Source: Acidobacteriota bacterium (lineage in GTDB: Bacteria; Acidobacteriota; UBA890; WLXD01). From it: a DNA stretch of 64,000 nt. Of the stretch, positions 10,127-21,862 are shown one piece after another (positions within the stretch are counted from its first letter, which is position 1; each line of letters opens with the position of its first letter). The stretch spans positions 512,001 to 576,000 of the forward strand of contig CAXWPL010000004.1 of the NCBI GenBank assembly GCA_963666215.2, written 5' to 3'. The translations under genes and the position numbers were made by a program. Below the pieces are notes generated by a model. The model saw only the letters and a program-made list of their open reading frames with translations. It made no database searches and was not told the DNA's origin.

Positions 10127-11443
10127 CTACGGCTCGACGTAGATCGCGCCTGCCTTCATGACCAGGCGAACGTCACGCAGCACCGAGATGTCTCGCGTGG
10201 GATCGCCACCGACAGCGATCAGGTCGGCGGCGAGGCCCACTTGGACCGCGCCAAGCTCCTGGAGATCGAACATCCGCGCGTTCCCCGAGGTCGCGGCCAC
10301 CAATGCCTCGAGCGGTGTCATGCCGTAGTCCACCATGAGCTCGAGCTCACGCACGTTGTCGCCGTGTGGATAGACGCCCACGTCGCCGCCGAAACAAATC
10401 GAGACCCCAGCCGCCCGCGCGGCGGCGAAGCTCTCGCGCTTATTGCGGAGGCGTGCGGGCTCCGGGTCGACTCCCTTGCGCCAGCCGCCGTACTGCGCAA
10501 TCGCGTCGCCGGCGGCCAACGTCGGACAAAATCCCACGTTGTGCGACACCATCAGATTCCATGTGTCGCGATCACCGCCGTCGCCGTGCTCGATGGTTCG
10601 CACGCCGGCGAGCACGGCGCGTCGCATGCCCTCGGCGGTGCTCGCGTGAGCGACAACGTGGCGACCCGAGCTTCCCGCAACCGCGACGATGGTCTCGAGC
10701 TCCGCAAGGGTGTAGATCGGTCGGGCCTCGCCGTTGGGACCCCAACGGTAGTCGGCGTAGACCTTGATCCAGTCGGCACCGCGACCGATCTGATCGCGTG
10801 TGACGCGCACCAGGTCGTCGTACCCGTCGGCGACTTCGGCCCCCTTGTGGAAAGCGATCTCGGGGGCCCCCTTCGGGTTGTAGCTGCCGGTGGCGACCAG
10901 GGCCTTCGTCGTCGTCAACAGACGCGGCCCGGGGATAACACCCAGCTCGATCGCCTCCTTGATACCGACATCGGCATAGCCCGCGCCCTCCGTACCGAGG
11001 TCGCGTGTGGTCGTCACCCCCGCCATCAGCGTAGCGCGCGCGTGCACGACAGCCCGCGCCGTGCGCTGGCCGAGCGACTCCCGGAGCACCTGATCTATCC
11101 ACGGTGTCTCGTTGTAGGGGTGCAGCAGCAGGTGCGAATGCCCTTCGATGAGCCCGGGGAGCAAAACACTGCCGGCCAGGTCAACGCGGCGCGTCGTTTC
11201 GCCACCGGACATCGAGGCGGCGGGCCCCGCAGCAACGATTCGCTCGCCCTCGACGAGCACCGCCCAGCCGGCGTGCATCGTCGTGCCGTCGAAGACGGCG
11301 TCCGGCAGCAACAGGATCGGGGTCGTCGCCTGCTGAGCGCTGGCGTGCCCCGAAGCAAGTGTGGTGATGGCAACGCCCAGGACCGCCGCAGCGAACATGC
11401 TCGGCGCCTGGCGGCGATTTGATCCTGCAGCGTGCGACATCAT
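10127..11443 (-). CDS. Secreted amidohydrolase (prolidase/Xaa-Pro dipeptidase-like)
   Basis: [48 protein letters not shown]. Confidence 0.88.
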   Translation of the reverse strand: MMSHAAGSNRRQAPSMFAAAVLGVAITTLASGHASAQQATTPILLLPDAVFDGTTMHAGWAVLVEGERIVAAGPAASMSGGETTRRVDLAGSVLLPGLIEGHSHLLLHPYNETPWIDQVLRESLGQRTARAVVHARATLMAGVTTTRDLGTEGAGYADVGIKEAIELGVIPGPRLLTTTKALVATGSYNPKGAPEIAFHKGAEVADGYDDLVRVTRDQIGRGADWIKVYADYRWGPNGEARPIYTLAELETIVAVAGSSGRHVVAHASTAEGMRRAVLAGVRTIEHGDGGDRDTWNLMVSHNVGFCPTLAAGDAIAQYGGWRKGVDPEPARLRNKRESFAAARAAGVSICFGGDVGVYPHGDNVRELELMVDYGMTPLEALVAATSGNARMFDLQELGAVQVGLAADLIAVGGDPTRDISVLRDVRLVMKAGAIYVEP

Positions 11444-11577
11444 CGAGTATCTCCGTGCTGGGCCGAAACGAGAAGAGTCAATCTACACCGCGAGACATGC
11501 CGCGAGACTCGCCCAGACTGCCGCGAGATTCAGGCCCCGGTCTCGCGATCCCAACCGCTACGCCCGTGAGCCCGTCC

Positions 11578-11746
11578 AACTCGGGGTTAGGCTGATGCGA
11601 TCGGTGCTTTTCGAGACCCAGCCCATGGACCCGCTGACGCTCGGCAGCGCCCTCCTCGTGCTCGGTACGACCGCGCTGCTCGCGGCCTACATACCCGCCC
11701 GCCAGGCGCTCGGATCGACCCTCTCTGCGCCCTCCGATCCGAGTAG
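11578..11746 (+). pseudogene. C-terminal relic of an ADOP permease
   Basis: RLMRSVLFETQPMDPLTL...AAYIPARQA, then a frameshift into IDPLCALRSE-stop. Confidence 0.7.
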
Positions 11747-11989
11747 ATCGACGGGACGACCCCTCCCGGGGACACACGGCGAGAACCCCGCCAGCCTCTG
11801 GCGCAGGGTCCGCTCGACGCCCGCCACACGCACTCTCGACGTTCCGAGAAAGCGCGCGCAATCTCGCGAGACTTGAAACTTACCCCCCTGTTTGCGCGAA
11901 GGTAGAGGTAAGAGCGTGGTCCCGTTCCCCTGAACGGGTCGACGGGCTCCTTCCCTTTGGGGGGGCGCGGGCGACCAGGAGGTGCGGAC

Positions 11990-13003
11990 ATGAGCAACAA
12001 GAAGGCCAATTCAATGGAGGCCAGCGCGCTCGTCAGCACCCGCCGCGAACGCACCAACCGCGACGGCTCGAGGGAGCGCAAGATCGGAACCCGACGCACC
12101 GGCAAGGGGCCGCTTGCCTTGCCTGCGACGACCCGTCGCGCGTCGCATGCGACAGCCCCCGCCGAGGGCGCCCGCCGCACGCTCATGGAGGTTGGTCGCC
12201 GAATTCCGACAGCCGAACCGCTGCGCGATCATCTACGGCGCCGCGTGATTGGCCAGGACGACGCGATTGAAGCCATCGTCGCTTCGTACGCCCGATTGCT
12301 GTCCGGACTGCGCGATCCCTCGCGCCCGCTGATCACCGCCCTGCTCCTCGGGCCCACCGGGGTCGGCAAAACCGAGACCGGCCGCGCTCTCGCCGAGGCT
12401 CTGTTCGGCTCCGACCGGGCCATGACACGCATCTACTGCGAGGAATACGCCCACGGGCACGAGATCTCGAAGCTGCTGGGCTCTCCTCCCGGCTATGTCG
12501 GATCGGACATCGAGCCGCTCCTGTCGCAGGCACGCATCGATGCGCCGCATCGCGAGCTGCGTGAGACTCGTACCACAACCTCGGAGCCGCTAGGGCTCAT
12601 CGACCAGGTCAACGCCGCGTGCAGCGAGCACAGAGATCGCCTGAACGGTGAGGTCGAGGCGACCGCCAACACGGTGGAAACGCCGGCGGGGATCGCCAAC
12701 AAGAAAGAGCCCGCCGATAACTACTCGATCGTTCTGTTCGACGAGATCGAGAAGGCGCACCCGGTGCTGTGGAACTCACTGCTCGGCATCCTCGAGGATG
12801 GCGTGCTGACGCTCGGCAACAACTCGACCACCGACTTCACACGGTCGATCATTCTGATGACGTCAAACGTTGGCAGCCGTGAGATGGGCCTGGCGCTGCA
12901 GACGAAACCGGTGGGCTTCCTGTCGGCAGGCGGCCTGACGCAGGCGATGTCTCGTGCATCGTCGAGAAAGGCCAACACCGCAGACGGCCCCAACTCGCCG
13001 TAA
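11990..13003 (+). CDS. Stand-alone ClpB/ClpC NBD2-type AAA+ ATPase, C-terminally truncated
   Basis: AGGAGG RBS; VIGQDDAI, GPTGVGKT, GSPPGYVG, VLFDEIEKAHP, MTSN; lacks the PEFxNR and D2-small region. Confidence 0.75.
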   Translation: MSNKKANSMEASALVSTRRERTNRDGSRERKIGTRRTGKGPLALPATTRRASHATAPAEGARRTLMEVGRRIPTAEPLRDHLRRRVIGQDDAIEAIVASYARLLSGLRDPSRPLITALLLGPTGVGKTETGRALAEALFGSDRAMTRIYCEEYAHGHEISKLLGSPPGYVGSDIEPLLSQARIDAPHRELRETRTTTSEPLGLIDQVNAACSEHRDRLNGEVEATANTVETPAGIANKKEPADNYSIVLFDEIEKAHPVLWNSLLGILEDGVLTLGNNSTTDFTRSIILMTSNVGSREMGLALQTKPVGFLSAGGLTQAMSRASSRKANTADGPNSP

Positions 13004-13154
13004 CCCCCCCTATGCAAAGATCCGACAGGGGGTTGCGGTCGTATGCTTTGTCGTTCGTCGTCGACGATGCGTTCAAACATCGCCTCCTCCTCTCTCCGCG
13101 CCTCCGCCTCGCAAGACCCTGTCGCCAGGCCCACCACACTTCCACCACGGCCTG

Positions 13155-14804
13155 CTAGATCGGGCAGACCAGCTCGCCGAGCTGCTGGGTCAACTTCAGG
13201 TTCTCGCGGTAGTCGACCGGGCAATCGACGACGACCACGGTGTTGTCGGCAATGGCCTGCCTGAGCACGGGCTGCAGCTCGTCGGCGGCGCCGACGCGGT
13301 AGCCCTTGGCGCCAAAGCTCTCGGCGTACTTCACGAAGTCCGGGTTGCCGAAGTCGATGTGCGAGCTTCGCTCGAAGTGGCGCAGCTGGTGCCATTCGAT
13401 GAGACCGTACTTGGAGTCGGTCCACACCAGGATCACGATCGGGATATCGAAGCGAAGGGCGGTTTCGATTTCCTGCGAGTTCATCAGGAAGCCGGCGTCG
13501 CCGGTCACCGTGAGCGCAACGCGGTCGGGGTACGTGATCTTCGCCGCGATGGCCCCCGGCACGCCGATCCCCATCGATGCGAAGCCATTCGAGATGATGC
13601 AGGTGTTGGGCCGCTCGGCCTGGTACATCCGCGCCATCCACATCTTGTGGGCGCCAACGTCGGAGACAACGATGTCGTCGGGCGCGAGCACCTGGCGCAG
13701 ATCCCAGGCGATCTTCTGCGGCTTGATCGGAAAGCCCGTGTCGTCGGCGTGCTTGTTGAGCTCCTCGAGGATGGTTGCTCGCAAGCTTCCCGTATCGACT
13801 TCGTTTCTAGCGCCGGGGCTCGCCTCGACTGCCGCCGTGATGCGATCGAGCGCTGCACCGATCTCGCCGATAACGCCCGACGCCAAGATGTAGTGCTCGT
13901 CGACCTCGGCGGGCGAACGATCGATATGAATGATCTGGCGCGCCTTGTCGGGATGCCACAAGTAAGGGTGGTACTCGATCATGTCGAATCCCACGCAAAC
14001 GATGACGTCGGCGCGGTCGAAGCCACAGGCAACATAGTCGTGAGCCTGCAGTCCGACTGTGCCCAGAGAGTTCGCATGCGACACGGGGATCGCGCCCTTG
14101 GCCATGAACGTGGTCGCCACCGGCAGGCCGAGCTTTTCGGCGAACCGCACGAGCGCGCCCGAAGCCCCGCCGCGAACGACGCCGTTGCCGGCCATGACAA
14201 TCGGATAACGAGCCCCGGCGATGAGGGCAGCCGCCTGGTCGATCTTCTCCTGAGGCGGCTGCGACGCGGCGGCGCTCTGAACTCGCAGCGGCACGACGTC
14301 TGAGCCAACTTCCATCTTGCCGATGTTCTCGGGGAAATCGATGCAGGCTGCGCCCGGCTTCTCGGCCTCGGCGTCCTTGAACGCCTTGCGGACGATCTCC
14401 GGAATGATCTCGGGCTCGCGTGCCTGCGTGGAGTACTTGGTGATCGACGCGAACAGACTCACCAGGTCGAGATGCTGGTGGCTCTCCTTGTGCATCCGCG
14501 TCGTCGCGGCCTGCCCGGCGATAGCAACGAGCGGCGCGCGGTCCATGTTGGCGTCGGCCACGCCGGTCACGAGATTGGTCGCGCCGGGGCCGAGCGTCGA
14601 CATGCACACGCCCGCCTTTCCGGTGAGACGCCCACAGACGTCGGCCATGAAGGCGGCGCCCTGCTCGTGCCGCGTTGTCACGAACTCGATGGTGCTGTCG
14701 AGGAGAACGTCCATGACGTCGATGTTCTCCTCGCCGGGAATACCGAAGATGCGTTCCACACCTTCGTTCTCGAGACAACGCACGAGCAACTCGGCTCCGG
14801 TCAA
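13155..14804 (-). CDS. Acetolactate synthase large subunit (ThDP-dependent)
   Basis: FGIPGEEN, RHEQGAAFMA, TLGPGATN, GDAGFLMNSQE. Confidence 0.92.
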   Translation of the reverse strand: MTGAELLVRCLENEGVERIFGIPGEENIDVMDVLLDSTIEFVTTRHEQGAAFMADVCGRLTGKAGVCMSTLGPGATNLVTGVADANMDRAPLVAIAGQAATTRMHKESHQHLDLVSLFASITKYSTQAREPEIIPEIVRKAFKDAEAEKPGAACIDFPENIGKMEVGSDVVPLRVQSAAASQPPQEKIDQAAALIAGARYPIVMAGNGVVRGGASGALVRFAEKLGLPVATTFMAKGAIPVSHANSLGTVGLQAHDYVACGFDRADVIVCVGFDMIEYHPYLWHPDKARQIIHIDRSPAEVDEHYILASGVIGEIGAALDRITAAVEASPGARNEVDTGSLRATILEELNKHADDTGFPIKPQKIAWDLRQVLAPDDIVVSDVGAHKMWMARMYQAERPNTCIISNGFASMGIGVPGAIAAKITYPDRVALTVTGDAGFLMNSQEIETALRFDIPIVILVWTDSKYGLIEWHQLRHFERSSHIDFGNPDFVKYAESFGAKGYRVGAADELQPVLRQAIADNTVVVVDCPVDYRENLKLTQQLGELVCPI

Positions 14805-14888
14805 AGGGTCGACCTCCTGGTAGGGGCTCGCGGACTCTTGGCCGGAGCTTTCAGCTCTCGTCGGAAGCGACGCAAATGGCTCATCTCT

Positions 14889-16490
14889 TCAGGCGGTGAC
14901 AGCCCTGGAGACATCGGCCTGACTCCACTCGCCGTCGATCGTGCGCCACAGCGAGCCCGTGGGGTTGGCATCACGCAACTCAGCGGGAAGTCGGGCCTCG
15001 CGGACGTTGTCGTAGCACTCGAGCATGGCGAAGCGCGGAATGCTGGTGGGCATGCCAACGGCGGTGAACCCAGGGTGGCCGGTGGCTGGGAAGGGGCCCC
15101 CGTGGTTCATTGCGCCGGTAACAGCGACACCGGTAGGCATCTTGTCGTTGAGCAAACGGCCGACTCGGCGGCGCAGGTGCGGCGCGATTCGATCGTACAG
15201 GGCGTCGTCCGATCCGTGGGTGTCGGAATAGATGCAGCCTGTGAGGTTGCCCTCAAAGCTCCGGGCAATGCTCTCCAGCTCATCCTCGCTGTCGGCGACC
15301 ACGAACAGGTTGGCGTTGCCGAAAGCCTCCTCCTGAAAAGCCGCCCGGTCGCCAACGAACTCGGCGCCGCTAACACGCAGCAAGGTGTTCTCGAAGCGGC
15401 ACCCCTGATTCTCGATTGCGGAGCCGCCGGTGATCACCTCGGCACCAGCCTGCCGCAAAGCGCCGACGGCGTGAACCAGCCCCTCAACGCCGCCACTGCC
15501 GAGAAGCGTCCCGGCGGGCGCGCTCTCGAAGCCCGCGCGAACTCCGTCGATGAAGGCCTCGGTATCCTCCCCGGCCTGCAGAACGATGACACCGGGATTG
15601 GTGCAGAACTGGCCGGTGCCCATCAACGCCGACCCGTACAGCTCGGCCGACAACTCGGCACCGCGCTCGCGCAGCGCGCCCGGCAGCATGAACACCGGGT
15701 TGATGCTGCTCATCTCCAGATAGATCGGCTTGCCGGCGGCATCGGCCGCCTTCTTGAGGGCGAGTCCACCGCGCTGCGAACCCGTGTAGCCGGTGGCGGC
15801 AATCAGTGGGTGCGACACGAGGTAGGCGCCATCGTCGTAGGACATGTGGTAGATCGCCTGCACCGTCGCCGCTGGCAGTCCGACGTGCTGGAGGGCCTCG
15901 AACGCGGCTTCAAGCAGGCGCTGCGAAGTTCGTGGATGGCTCGGGTGCGCTTTGACGATGACCGGGTTGCCGGCGGCAATCGCGGAGGCGAAGTCGCCGC
16001 CGGCGGCACCGTTGAAAGCCAGCGGGAAATTGTTCGGTCCGAATACCGCCACCGGGCCACCGAGCGGCCCGAACATCGAACGGATGTTGTTGGCGGAGTC
16101 GATGGCTGGCTGCGTCCAGCTGCGATCGCGCGCGGCGCCGGCAGCCTGCCGCAATTGGTTGGTGGTGCGCGGCAGCTCCACGTCTTTCAGACGGGGCGAC
16201 ACGGGCAGAGCTGTCTCGAGGCTGGCGGTGGCGGCGAGCTCGGCGGCCCTTTCATCAATCAGGTCGGCGTAACGCTCGAGGAAGTCGGCAATCGCTCCGC
16301 GCTCAACGCCGGTGAGCGCTTCGGCCGCCTCGGCACCCGCGCGCAGCGCCGCGTCGACGTCGGCACGGCTGCTCACCGGATACTCGTGCTCGAGCTCTTC
16401 GCCGGTGTCGGGATTGATGGCACGGAACGAGTCGGTGGCGTCGGCTGCACGCCACTCGCCGCTGATCAGTACAGGCTCCAGGTTCTCCAC
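14889..16490 (-). CDS. NADP-dependent aldehyde dehydrogenase (alpha-ketoglutaric semialdehyde dehydrogenase-like)
   Basis: VFGPNNFPLAF, KAHPSHP, YTGS, EMSSINP, GQFCTNPG, HGGPFPAT. Confidence 0.9.
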   Translation of the reverse strand: MENLEPVLISGEWRAADATDSFRAINPDTGEELEHEYPVSSRADVDAALRAGAEAAEALTGVERGAIADFLERYADLIDERAAELAATASLETALPVSPRLKDVELPRTTNQLRQAAGAARDRSWTQPAIDSANNIRSMFGPLGGPVAVFGPNNFPLAFNGAAGGDFASAIAAGNPVIVKAHPSHPRTSQRLLEAAFEALQHVGLPAATVQAIYHMSYDDGAYLVSHPLIAATGYTGSQRGGLALKKAADAAGKPIYLEMSSINPVFMLPGALRERGAELSAELYGSALMGTGQFCTNPGVIVLQAGEDTEAFIDGVRAGFESAPAGTLLGSGGVEGLVHAVGALRQAGAEVITGGSAIENQGCRFENTLLRVSGAEFVGDRAAFQEEAFGNANLFVVADSEDELESIARSFEGNLTGCIYSDTHGSDDALYDRIAPHLRRRVGRLLNDKMPTGVAVTGAMNHGGPFPATGHPGFTAVGMPTSIPRFAMLECYDNVREARLPAELRDANPTGSLWRTIDGEWSQADVSRAVTA

Positions 16491-16647
16491 CTCGGTCTCC
16501 TCGTCGTCCGCGCCAGGCTGAATCGTCTTGAAATTGTGTTGGATTGTCTCGAGTGGGGGACATGGTAGCCGACCGTCCGACGCCCGCTTTCCGGTGGAGA
16601 TTCAACCCCGCCGGTATCGACGACCACCCGGGGCACGCGACAATACG

Positions 16648-17330
16648 CCCCCACAGCGCCATCGACGGTCGCGAGCGCGGTGAGATCGTCAACCTCACCG
16701 ATCGGCGCGCCCGGGCTTCGCGCTGCGCGCAGCGCGACCTCCTCGATCGTGGCCCCGACCCGATCGTCAACACGATCGACCAGCTGGAACAGGCGTCGGC
16801 ACCGCCCTCGCCGGCACCGCGGCAACCAATGCTTCCCCACCTCGTCATGCCGGCGCATCACGACGTGCGCCGGCGCGACGTGCGACTGCGCCGGCTACAC
16901 GGCGCTCTTGCTGCGACAGCCGACCGCGGACCGAAGGACTTTCCCGAGCTGCTGCTGACCCCGGGAGTTGGAACCCGCACCGTGGCCGCGCTGGCCCTCG
17001 CGAGCGAGGTGATCTACGGCGCCCCTACCGCTTCTCCGATCCGGCGCGCTACTCGCTGGCGCACGGCGGCGGCAAGGACGGGCATCCGTATCCGGTGCCG
17101 TTGAAGGTCTACGACCGAACGATCTCGACCCTGCGCAGCGCCGTCCAAGCGGCCAAGCTCGGCAACAACGACAAGCTCGCAGCCATTCGGCGGCTCGACG
17201 AGCAGGCCCGAGCGCTCGAGTCGGTGGCAGCCGGCCCGTCGCTGTCGCGCTTCATCGCGGACTGAGCGAATGGCCTCATGGAAATACGGCGGCCGCACGG
17301 TGTTCGGCGACGCTCCTCCTGGCGGCGCGG
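16648..17330 (+). pseudogene. DUF763 family protein, 5'-truncated, two frameshifts (~17025, ~17263)
   Basis: PHSAIDG..IVNLTD, PKDFPELLLTPGVG.RTV; next frame RFSDPARYSLAHGG..KDGHPYPVPLKVYD; third frame YGGRTVFG. Confidence 0.75.
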
Positions 17331-17376
17331 CGCACGGGCCTCGAACACCGCGAATGATGCCGGACACCGAGAACCT

Positions 17377-17408
17377 GTCGGAAAGTCGGAAAGTCGGAAA
17401 GTCGGACA
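17377..17408. repeat. 8-bp tandem repeat GTCGGAAA x4 (last unit GTCGGACA)
   Basis: Read directly; lies between convergent genes. Confidence 0.85.
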
Positions 17409-17438
17409 GTGCATGGTGTAAAGCCTCGCGAGGGCGGT

Positions 17439-20293
17439 TCACTCCGCCCGTAGCGACTCCACCGGATCGACGCTCAGGGCGCGGCGTGCCGGGACCCAGC
17501 TGGCAACGAGCGCCGTGGCCAGAACGATCGCGGACGCTGAGACGAGCGTAAGCGGATCGGTAGGTCGAACGCCGAACAGCAGCGACTGCAGCAGCCGACC
17601 TAGCAGTAGCGAAACCGCGATTCCGAGCGCCACGCCGCTGGCCACGTAGGTGAGTCCCGTCGCCAGCAGCCGGCGCAGCACACCTTGCGGTGCTGCGCCC
17701 AGCGCCAGCCGGATGCCGATCTCGCGCGTGCGCTGGGCGACGGCGTCGCGGCGATGACACCGTAGATGCCGACCGCGGCGAGCACCAGCGCCAGGACGGC
17801 GAAAGCCCCTATCAGCGTGGCGACGAAGCGCTGTTGCGAAACCGACCCCGACACCAGGCCGCTCAGCGTGACGATGTCTTCAATTGGCTGATCGGGATCG
17901 ACCTCCCAGACCGCAGCCTGGATCTGAGTGAGCAGGCTGGCGGGATCGCCGGCCGTGCGAACAATGAGACTTTGGCCGCTTCGAGTCCATTGCGACAACG
18001 GCGTGTAGACCACCGCCGCCGTGCTCTCGTCGAGGCTCGCCTGCCGCACATCGCCAACAACGCCGACCACCTCGAGCTCTCCGTTGCCGACGGTGATGCG
18101 CTCGCCAACGGGGTCGCTGCCGGGCCAATGGCGCTCGGCGAGTGTTCGGTTGACGATACCCACCGGGGAGCCGCCGCGGATGTCGAGCGTGTTGTCGAAG
18201 TCTCTGCCGGCAATCCATTCGATGCCCATCGCGTCGAAGAAGCCGGGCCCGATGAATCGAGCCACAGCCTGTGGCTCCTGTCCCTCAGGCGGAGCCTCTT
18301 GCCCCACGACCGTGAAGCGAAAGTCCTCGCCTTGGAAGGTGTCGGGCGCCAGCGGCAGCGGTCGGCCCACGGCCGCGGCGCGAACGCCCGGAACGGCGCG
18401 GACACTCGCCACCACCTCCTCGAAGAAGGGGATGATCTCCTCCGACGTGTCGTACTTGTAGCCGGGGGCCTGGATGCGCATCGTGACCGTCTGCTCCGTG
18501 TTGAAGCCGGGGTCGACCGCCATGAGCTCGTTCAGGCTGCGCAGCAGGAGTCCAGCGCCGACGACGAGAACCAGGACCAGAGTCGCCTCGGCGACCACCA
18601 GGAGGCCGCGTAGCCGACGACCCTCCGGGCCATCGCTGTTGCCGCGAGCCGACTGCCCGATCGCACCCGCGAGCCTGCTGCGCGAGGCCCGCCACGCCGG
18701 GGCGAGGCCGAAGAGCAGGCCCGTGAGCAACGAGATCGCCAGGGTGAAGCCGAGCACTCCGGAGTCGACCGACACTGTCTCGAGACGGGGAATATCAGCC
18801 GGCGCCAGCGCTACCAGCGCTCGTACGGCCAGCTGAGCGAGCCCGATGCCGAACAAGCCGCCCAGAACGGCCAGGGCCGTGCTTTCTGTCAAGAGCTGGC
18901 GTACGAGCCGCCCGCTGCTGGCCCCCAGGGCGCTGCGAATCGAGAACTCACGAGCTCTGTCTTGCGATCGCACCAGCATCAGGTTGGCGATGTTGACGCA
19001 GCAGATCAGCAGAACGGCGCCCACCGCACCGAGCAGCGTCAGCAGCGTCGTGCGGACGTCGTCCACCATGTTCGATTGCAGCGGCTCCACGGTGACCGCC
19101 GTAAGGCCTTCGTTCGCTTCGGGGAACTCCTGGGCCAATCCGGCGGCTACAACCGTGAGGTCGGCGCGCGCCTCTTCAATCGTGACACCCGGATTCAGTC
19201 GCCCCACGGCGCTGAGCCAACGCACGAAGCGTCGTCGAGGCACACCGTCGTCGGGAATCAGCGACAGCGAAGCCCAGAGCTCGCCGGTTTCCGCAGGGTA
19301 CGTGAAGCTCGGAGGCATCACTCCGACAATCACGAACGGCGACCCGCTGAGACTCACGGTGGTGCCGATAACAGCCGGATCGGCGTTGAACCGCCGCTGC
19401 CAAGCGCGATGACTGAGCACCACCACGGCGTTGTCACCTTCTACGTGATCGGCCGCCTGCAATGTCCGGCCGAGCGTCGCCTCAACGCCGAAGGTTGCGA
19501 AGAAGCCCTCCCAGACGTAGTTCACCTCGACCTCTTCGGGCCGCGCGCCACCGGTCATCACCAGGCCGCCGAGCGACACATTCGGAACCGCGGTCAGGTG
19601 CTCGAGCGTCGTCGTACGCTCGCGCCAGTCGGCCAGATCGATTGGCGAGGTCGTGCCATGCAGAGCGTCGCGATCGGGATAGGCCGACCACAAGCGCACC
19701 AGGCGCTCCGGCTCGGCGAACGGCAGCGGCCGCAGGAGCACTGCGTTGACGACGCTGAATATGGCCGAGTTGGCCCCGATTCCGAGCGCCAGCGTTGCGA
19801 TCACCATCGCGGCGAAGAGCGGTTGGTGAACCAGCGACCGCAAGCCGTAGCGGACATCCTTCATGAAGGGCTGCACGAGATTACCTCGACTGGGGAGACG
19901 AGAGGGGTTGGAACCATTGGACGAGAGACCGACGCGACCGCGACTCGGCGACCCCGAAGGGGGAGCAAGTGCACGACTCGAAGCGCCCGGGCGAGACCCG
20001 CGCCGGAGCTCACGCCAGCTTTCCTGCTGAACGTCCTGGCCGCCGCCTTCGCTCGCCGCCAACCACGAGGTCGCGAGCTCAGCGGCATCTCCAAATCGTT
20101 CGATCGCCTGCCGCGCCGCCAGGTCGGTGGAGATGCCTTCGCCTTCGAGGTCCCGCATGGAGTCGAGGAGGTGATCGGTGGCCTGCTGCAGCAGCAGCTC
20201 GCACGTCCCATCGGAGGAGTCCCCCGGCGGGCGCCGGAGCTCACGTTCGAGCCGGCCGACGTAGTTCGAGATGCTGGGGTGTTGTGCGCTCAT
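17439..20293 (-). pseudogene. ADOP permease with N-terminal permease-prefix domain, frameshifted near 17750
   Basis: [11 protein letters not shown] prefix; [11 protein letters not shown]; after GIYGVIA the sequence continues in another frame as [17 protein letters not shown]...DPVESLRAE. Confidence 0.85.
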
Positions 20294-20354
20294 CGGCGTC
20301 CGCCCCACAGTTGTAGATCTGCCGCGGGACGCCCCGCCTCGCCAGGGTCGCGCA

Positions 20355-20675
20355 CTATGTCTGCTCCACCACACTCGACATCGCGCCGGAGAAGGCCAGC
20401 CATTCGTCGCGGGCAGAGGCCAACTCGCGTTCGCCGGCCGGCGTCAGGGTGTACACGCGACGACGACGGCCACCGACCCGTGCCCAGTTGCTGGCGAGCG
20501 AACCGGCGACCTCCAAACGTCGGAGGGCCGGGTAGATGGTGCCTTCGGCGAGATCGAAGGTCCCGCCGCTACGGCGCCTCAATTCCTGGATGATGGCGTA
20601 GCCGTGACCCGGCACGCCTTCGAGAGACGCGAGCAACAGCAGATTGACATGGCCCTTCAGCTTTTCTTTGTTCAT
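20355..20675 (-). CDS. PadR-family transcriptional regulator
   Basis: [48 protein letters not shown]. Confidence 0.92.
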   Translation of the reverse strand: MNKEKLKGHVNLLLLASLEGVPGHGYAIIQELRRRSGGTFDLAEGTIYPALRRLEVAGSLASNWARVGGRRRRVYTLTPAGERELASARDEWLAFSGAMSSVVEQT

Positions 20676-20688
20676 GCATCGCAACCCT

Positions 20689-20709
20689 ATACATCGTTTT
20701 ACAATGTAT
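20689..20709. promoter_or_regulatory. Putative PadR operator palindrome
   Basis: ATACATCGTTTTACAATGTAT, 13 bp upstream of the padR ATG. Confidence 0.65.
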
Positions 20710-20739
20710 CAAGTCATCGCCAACCTTTTGTCCGCCTGG

Positions 20740-20915
20740 CCTCGCGACGTGGTGTGCCACGCCAGTGCGTGGGATATAGGCGACGGTGAGGACTACCGCA
20801 TCAAGATGTGCATCGATCGCAACGCCTACGATTTCAGCACCATCCACCACGAGCTCGGCCACAACTTCTACCAGCGGGCCTACAAGGATCAGCCCTACCT
20901 GCTGCAGGGCGGCGT
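20740..20915 (+). pseudogene. Internal fragment of an M2 (ACE-like) metallopeptidase
   Basis: [16 protein letters not shown]...[19 protein letters not shown] (HEXXH); no start or end. Confidence 0.8.
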
Positions 20916-21037
20916 GGTAGAGACCCGCAAAGCGGGGCGCTACCAGAGAGGTGGGGGCTGGGGCCAAATGCCGAGCCGCAAGGCTCGGGATCTTGGCGGC
21001 CCTGGTAGGGGCTGTGCCGTGCAGAGCCCCGCAATCG

Positions 21038-21475
21038 CTACTTGGCGGCGAGCTCGCTGATCGGCCAGTAGAGCGAGATGCCTTGGCGCTGAAGTCGCCG
21101 GGCGAACGTTTTGTCGAAGGTCGCCACAGAGTCGTGAGCGCCGGTCTCGGCAACGGCGGCCAAGCATGCGTCGGTGAAGTCGGAGTAAATCCGCGGCCAG
21201 CCATCCAGAACGAGCGACCAGCGCAAATGGTCTTCAGGCAATAGACCACGCCAGGCCAACAAGCGGCGAAGCCTGTCGGCGATCTCGGCGCTCGGTCGGC
21301 GGTAGAGGGCACGCAATACGTAGACGAGCTCCGCGACGACGCACTGGTGCAGAACAAGCGTGCATCCCGAACGGGCGCTGGTGTCGAATAGATCCTTGGC
21401 GAGCCGCTGCTGCCGCAAGTCTCGCTTGATGAGGAACGAAACCAGCACGTTCGTATCGACAACGATCGACGTCAT
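21038..21475 (-). CDS. vapC: PIN-domain (VapC-type) toxin
   Basis: [21 protein letters not shown] acidic residues; ATGA overlap with the antitoxin. Confidence 0.85.
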   Translation of the reverse strand: MTSIVVDTNVLVSFLIKRDLRQQRLAKDLFDTSARSGCTLVLHQCVVAELVYVLRALYRRPSAEIADRLRRLLAWRGLLPEDHLRWSLVLDGWPRIYSDFTDACLAAVAETGAHDSVATFDKTFARRLQRQGISLYWPISELAAK

Positions 21476-21717
21476 GCCCCTTCGCGCCCTCGCAGCTCTC
21501 GCGCAAGACGCACGGCCTCGACCGGGTCGGGAGCGTCATCGGCTACCTGAATCGATCCCATCAAGCTCGATAACTCGGTGCTCGCCAGGTAGACGCGTAC
21601 GAACCCGTCTTCGAATTCCCACTTGAGCTCGTCGCCGTGGCTGAGTCCGAGCCTCTCGCGCACCGCTTTGGGCACGGTGGTCTGATACTTACTCGTGATC
21701 TTCGAGCTGACGATCAT
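21472..21717 (-). CDS. vapB: AbrB/MazE/SpoVT-family antitoxin
   Basis: SKITSKYQTTVPKAVRERLGLSHGDELKW; AGGAGG RBS. Confidence 0.85.
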   Translation of the reverse strand: MIVSSKITSKYQTTVPKAVRERLGLSHGDELKWEFEDGFVRVYLASTELSSLMGSIQVADDAPDPVEAVRLARELRGREGA

Positions 21718-21724
21718 CGCGTCC

Positions 21725-21753
21725 TCCTTACGAAATCGTAGCATTCGTAAGGA
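21725..21753. promoter_or_regulatory. Toxin-antitoxin operator inverted repeat
   Basis: TCCTTACGAA-N9-TTCGTAAGGA with perfect 10-bp arms, abutting the antitoxin RBS. Confidence 0.75.
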
Positions 21754-21862
21754 TTTCCAGTGACCATCGTCCAGCGCAGCGCCCATAACTGAATGAGACG
21801 GGTGCGGCCGTAGCGTTTCCTTCGGCCGGGATGGCTCACAGCCGCAGGATCGCTCCAGGACG

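Noticed and set aside
14472-16568. Long antisense ORFs (698 aa here; also 18962-20593, 57186-58787, 50404-51759)
   Set aside because: They shadow well-supported genes on the opposite strand, as expected in high-GC DNA, and show no motifs.
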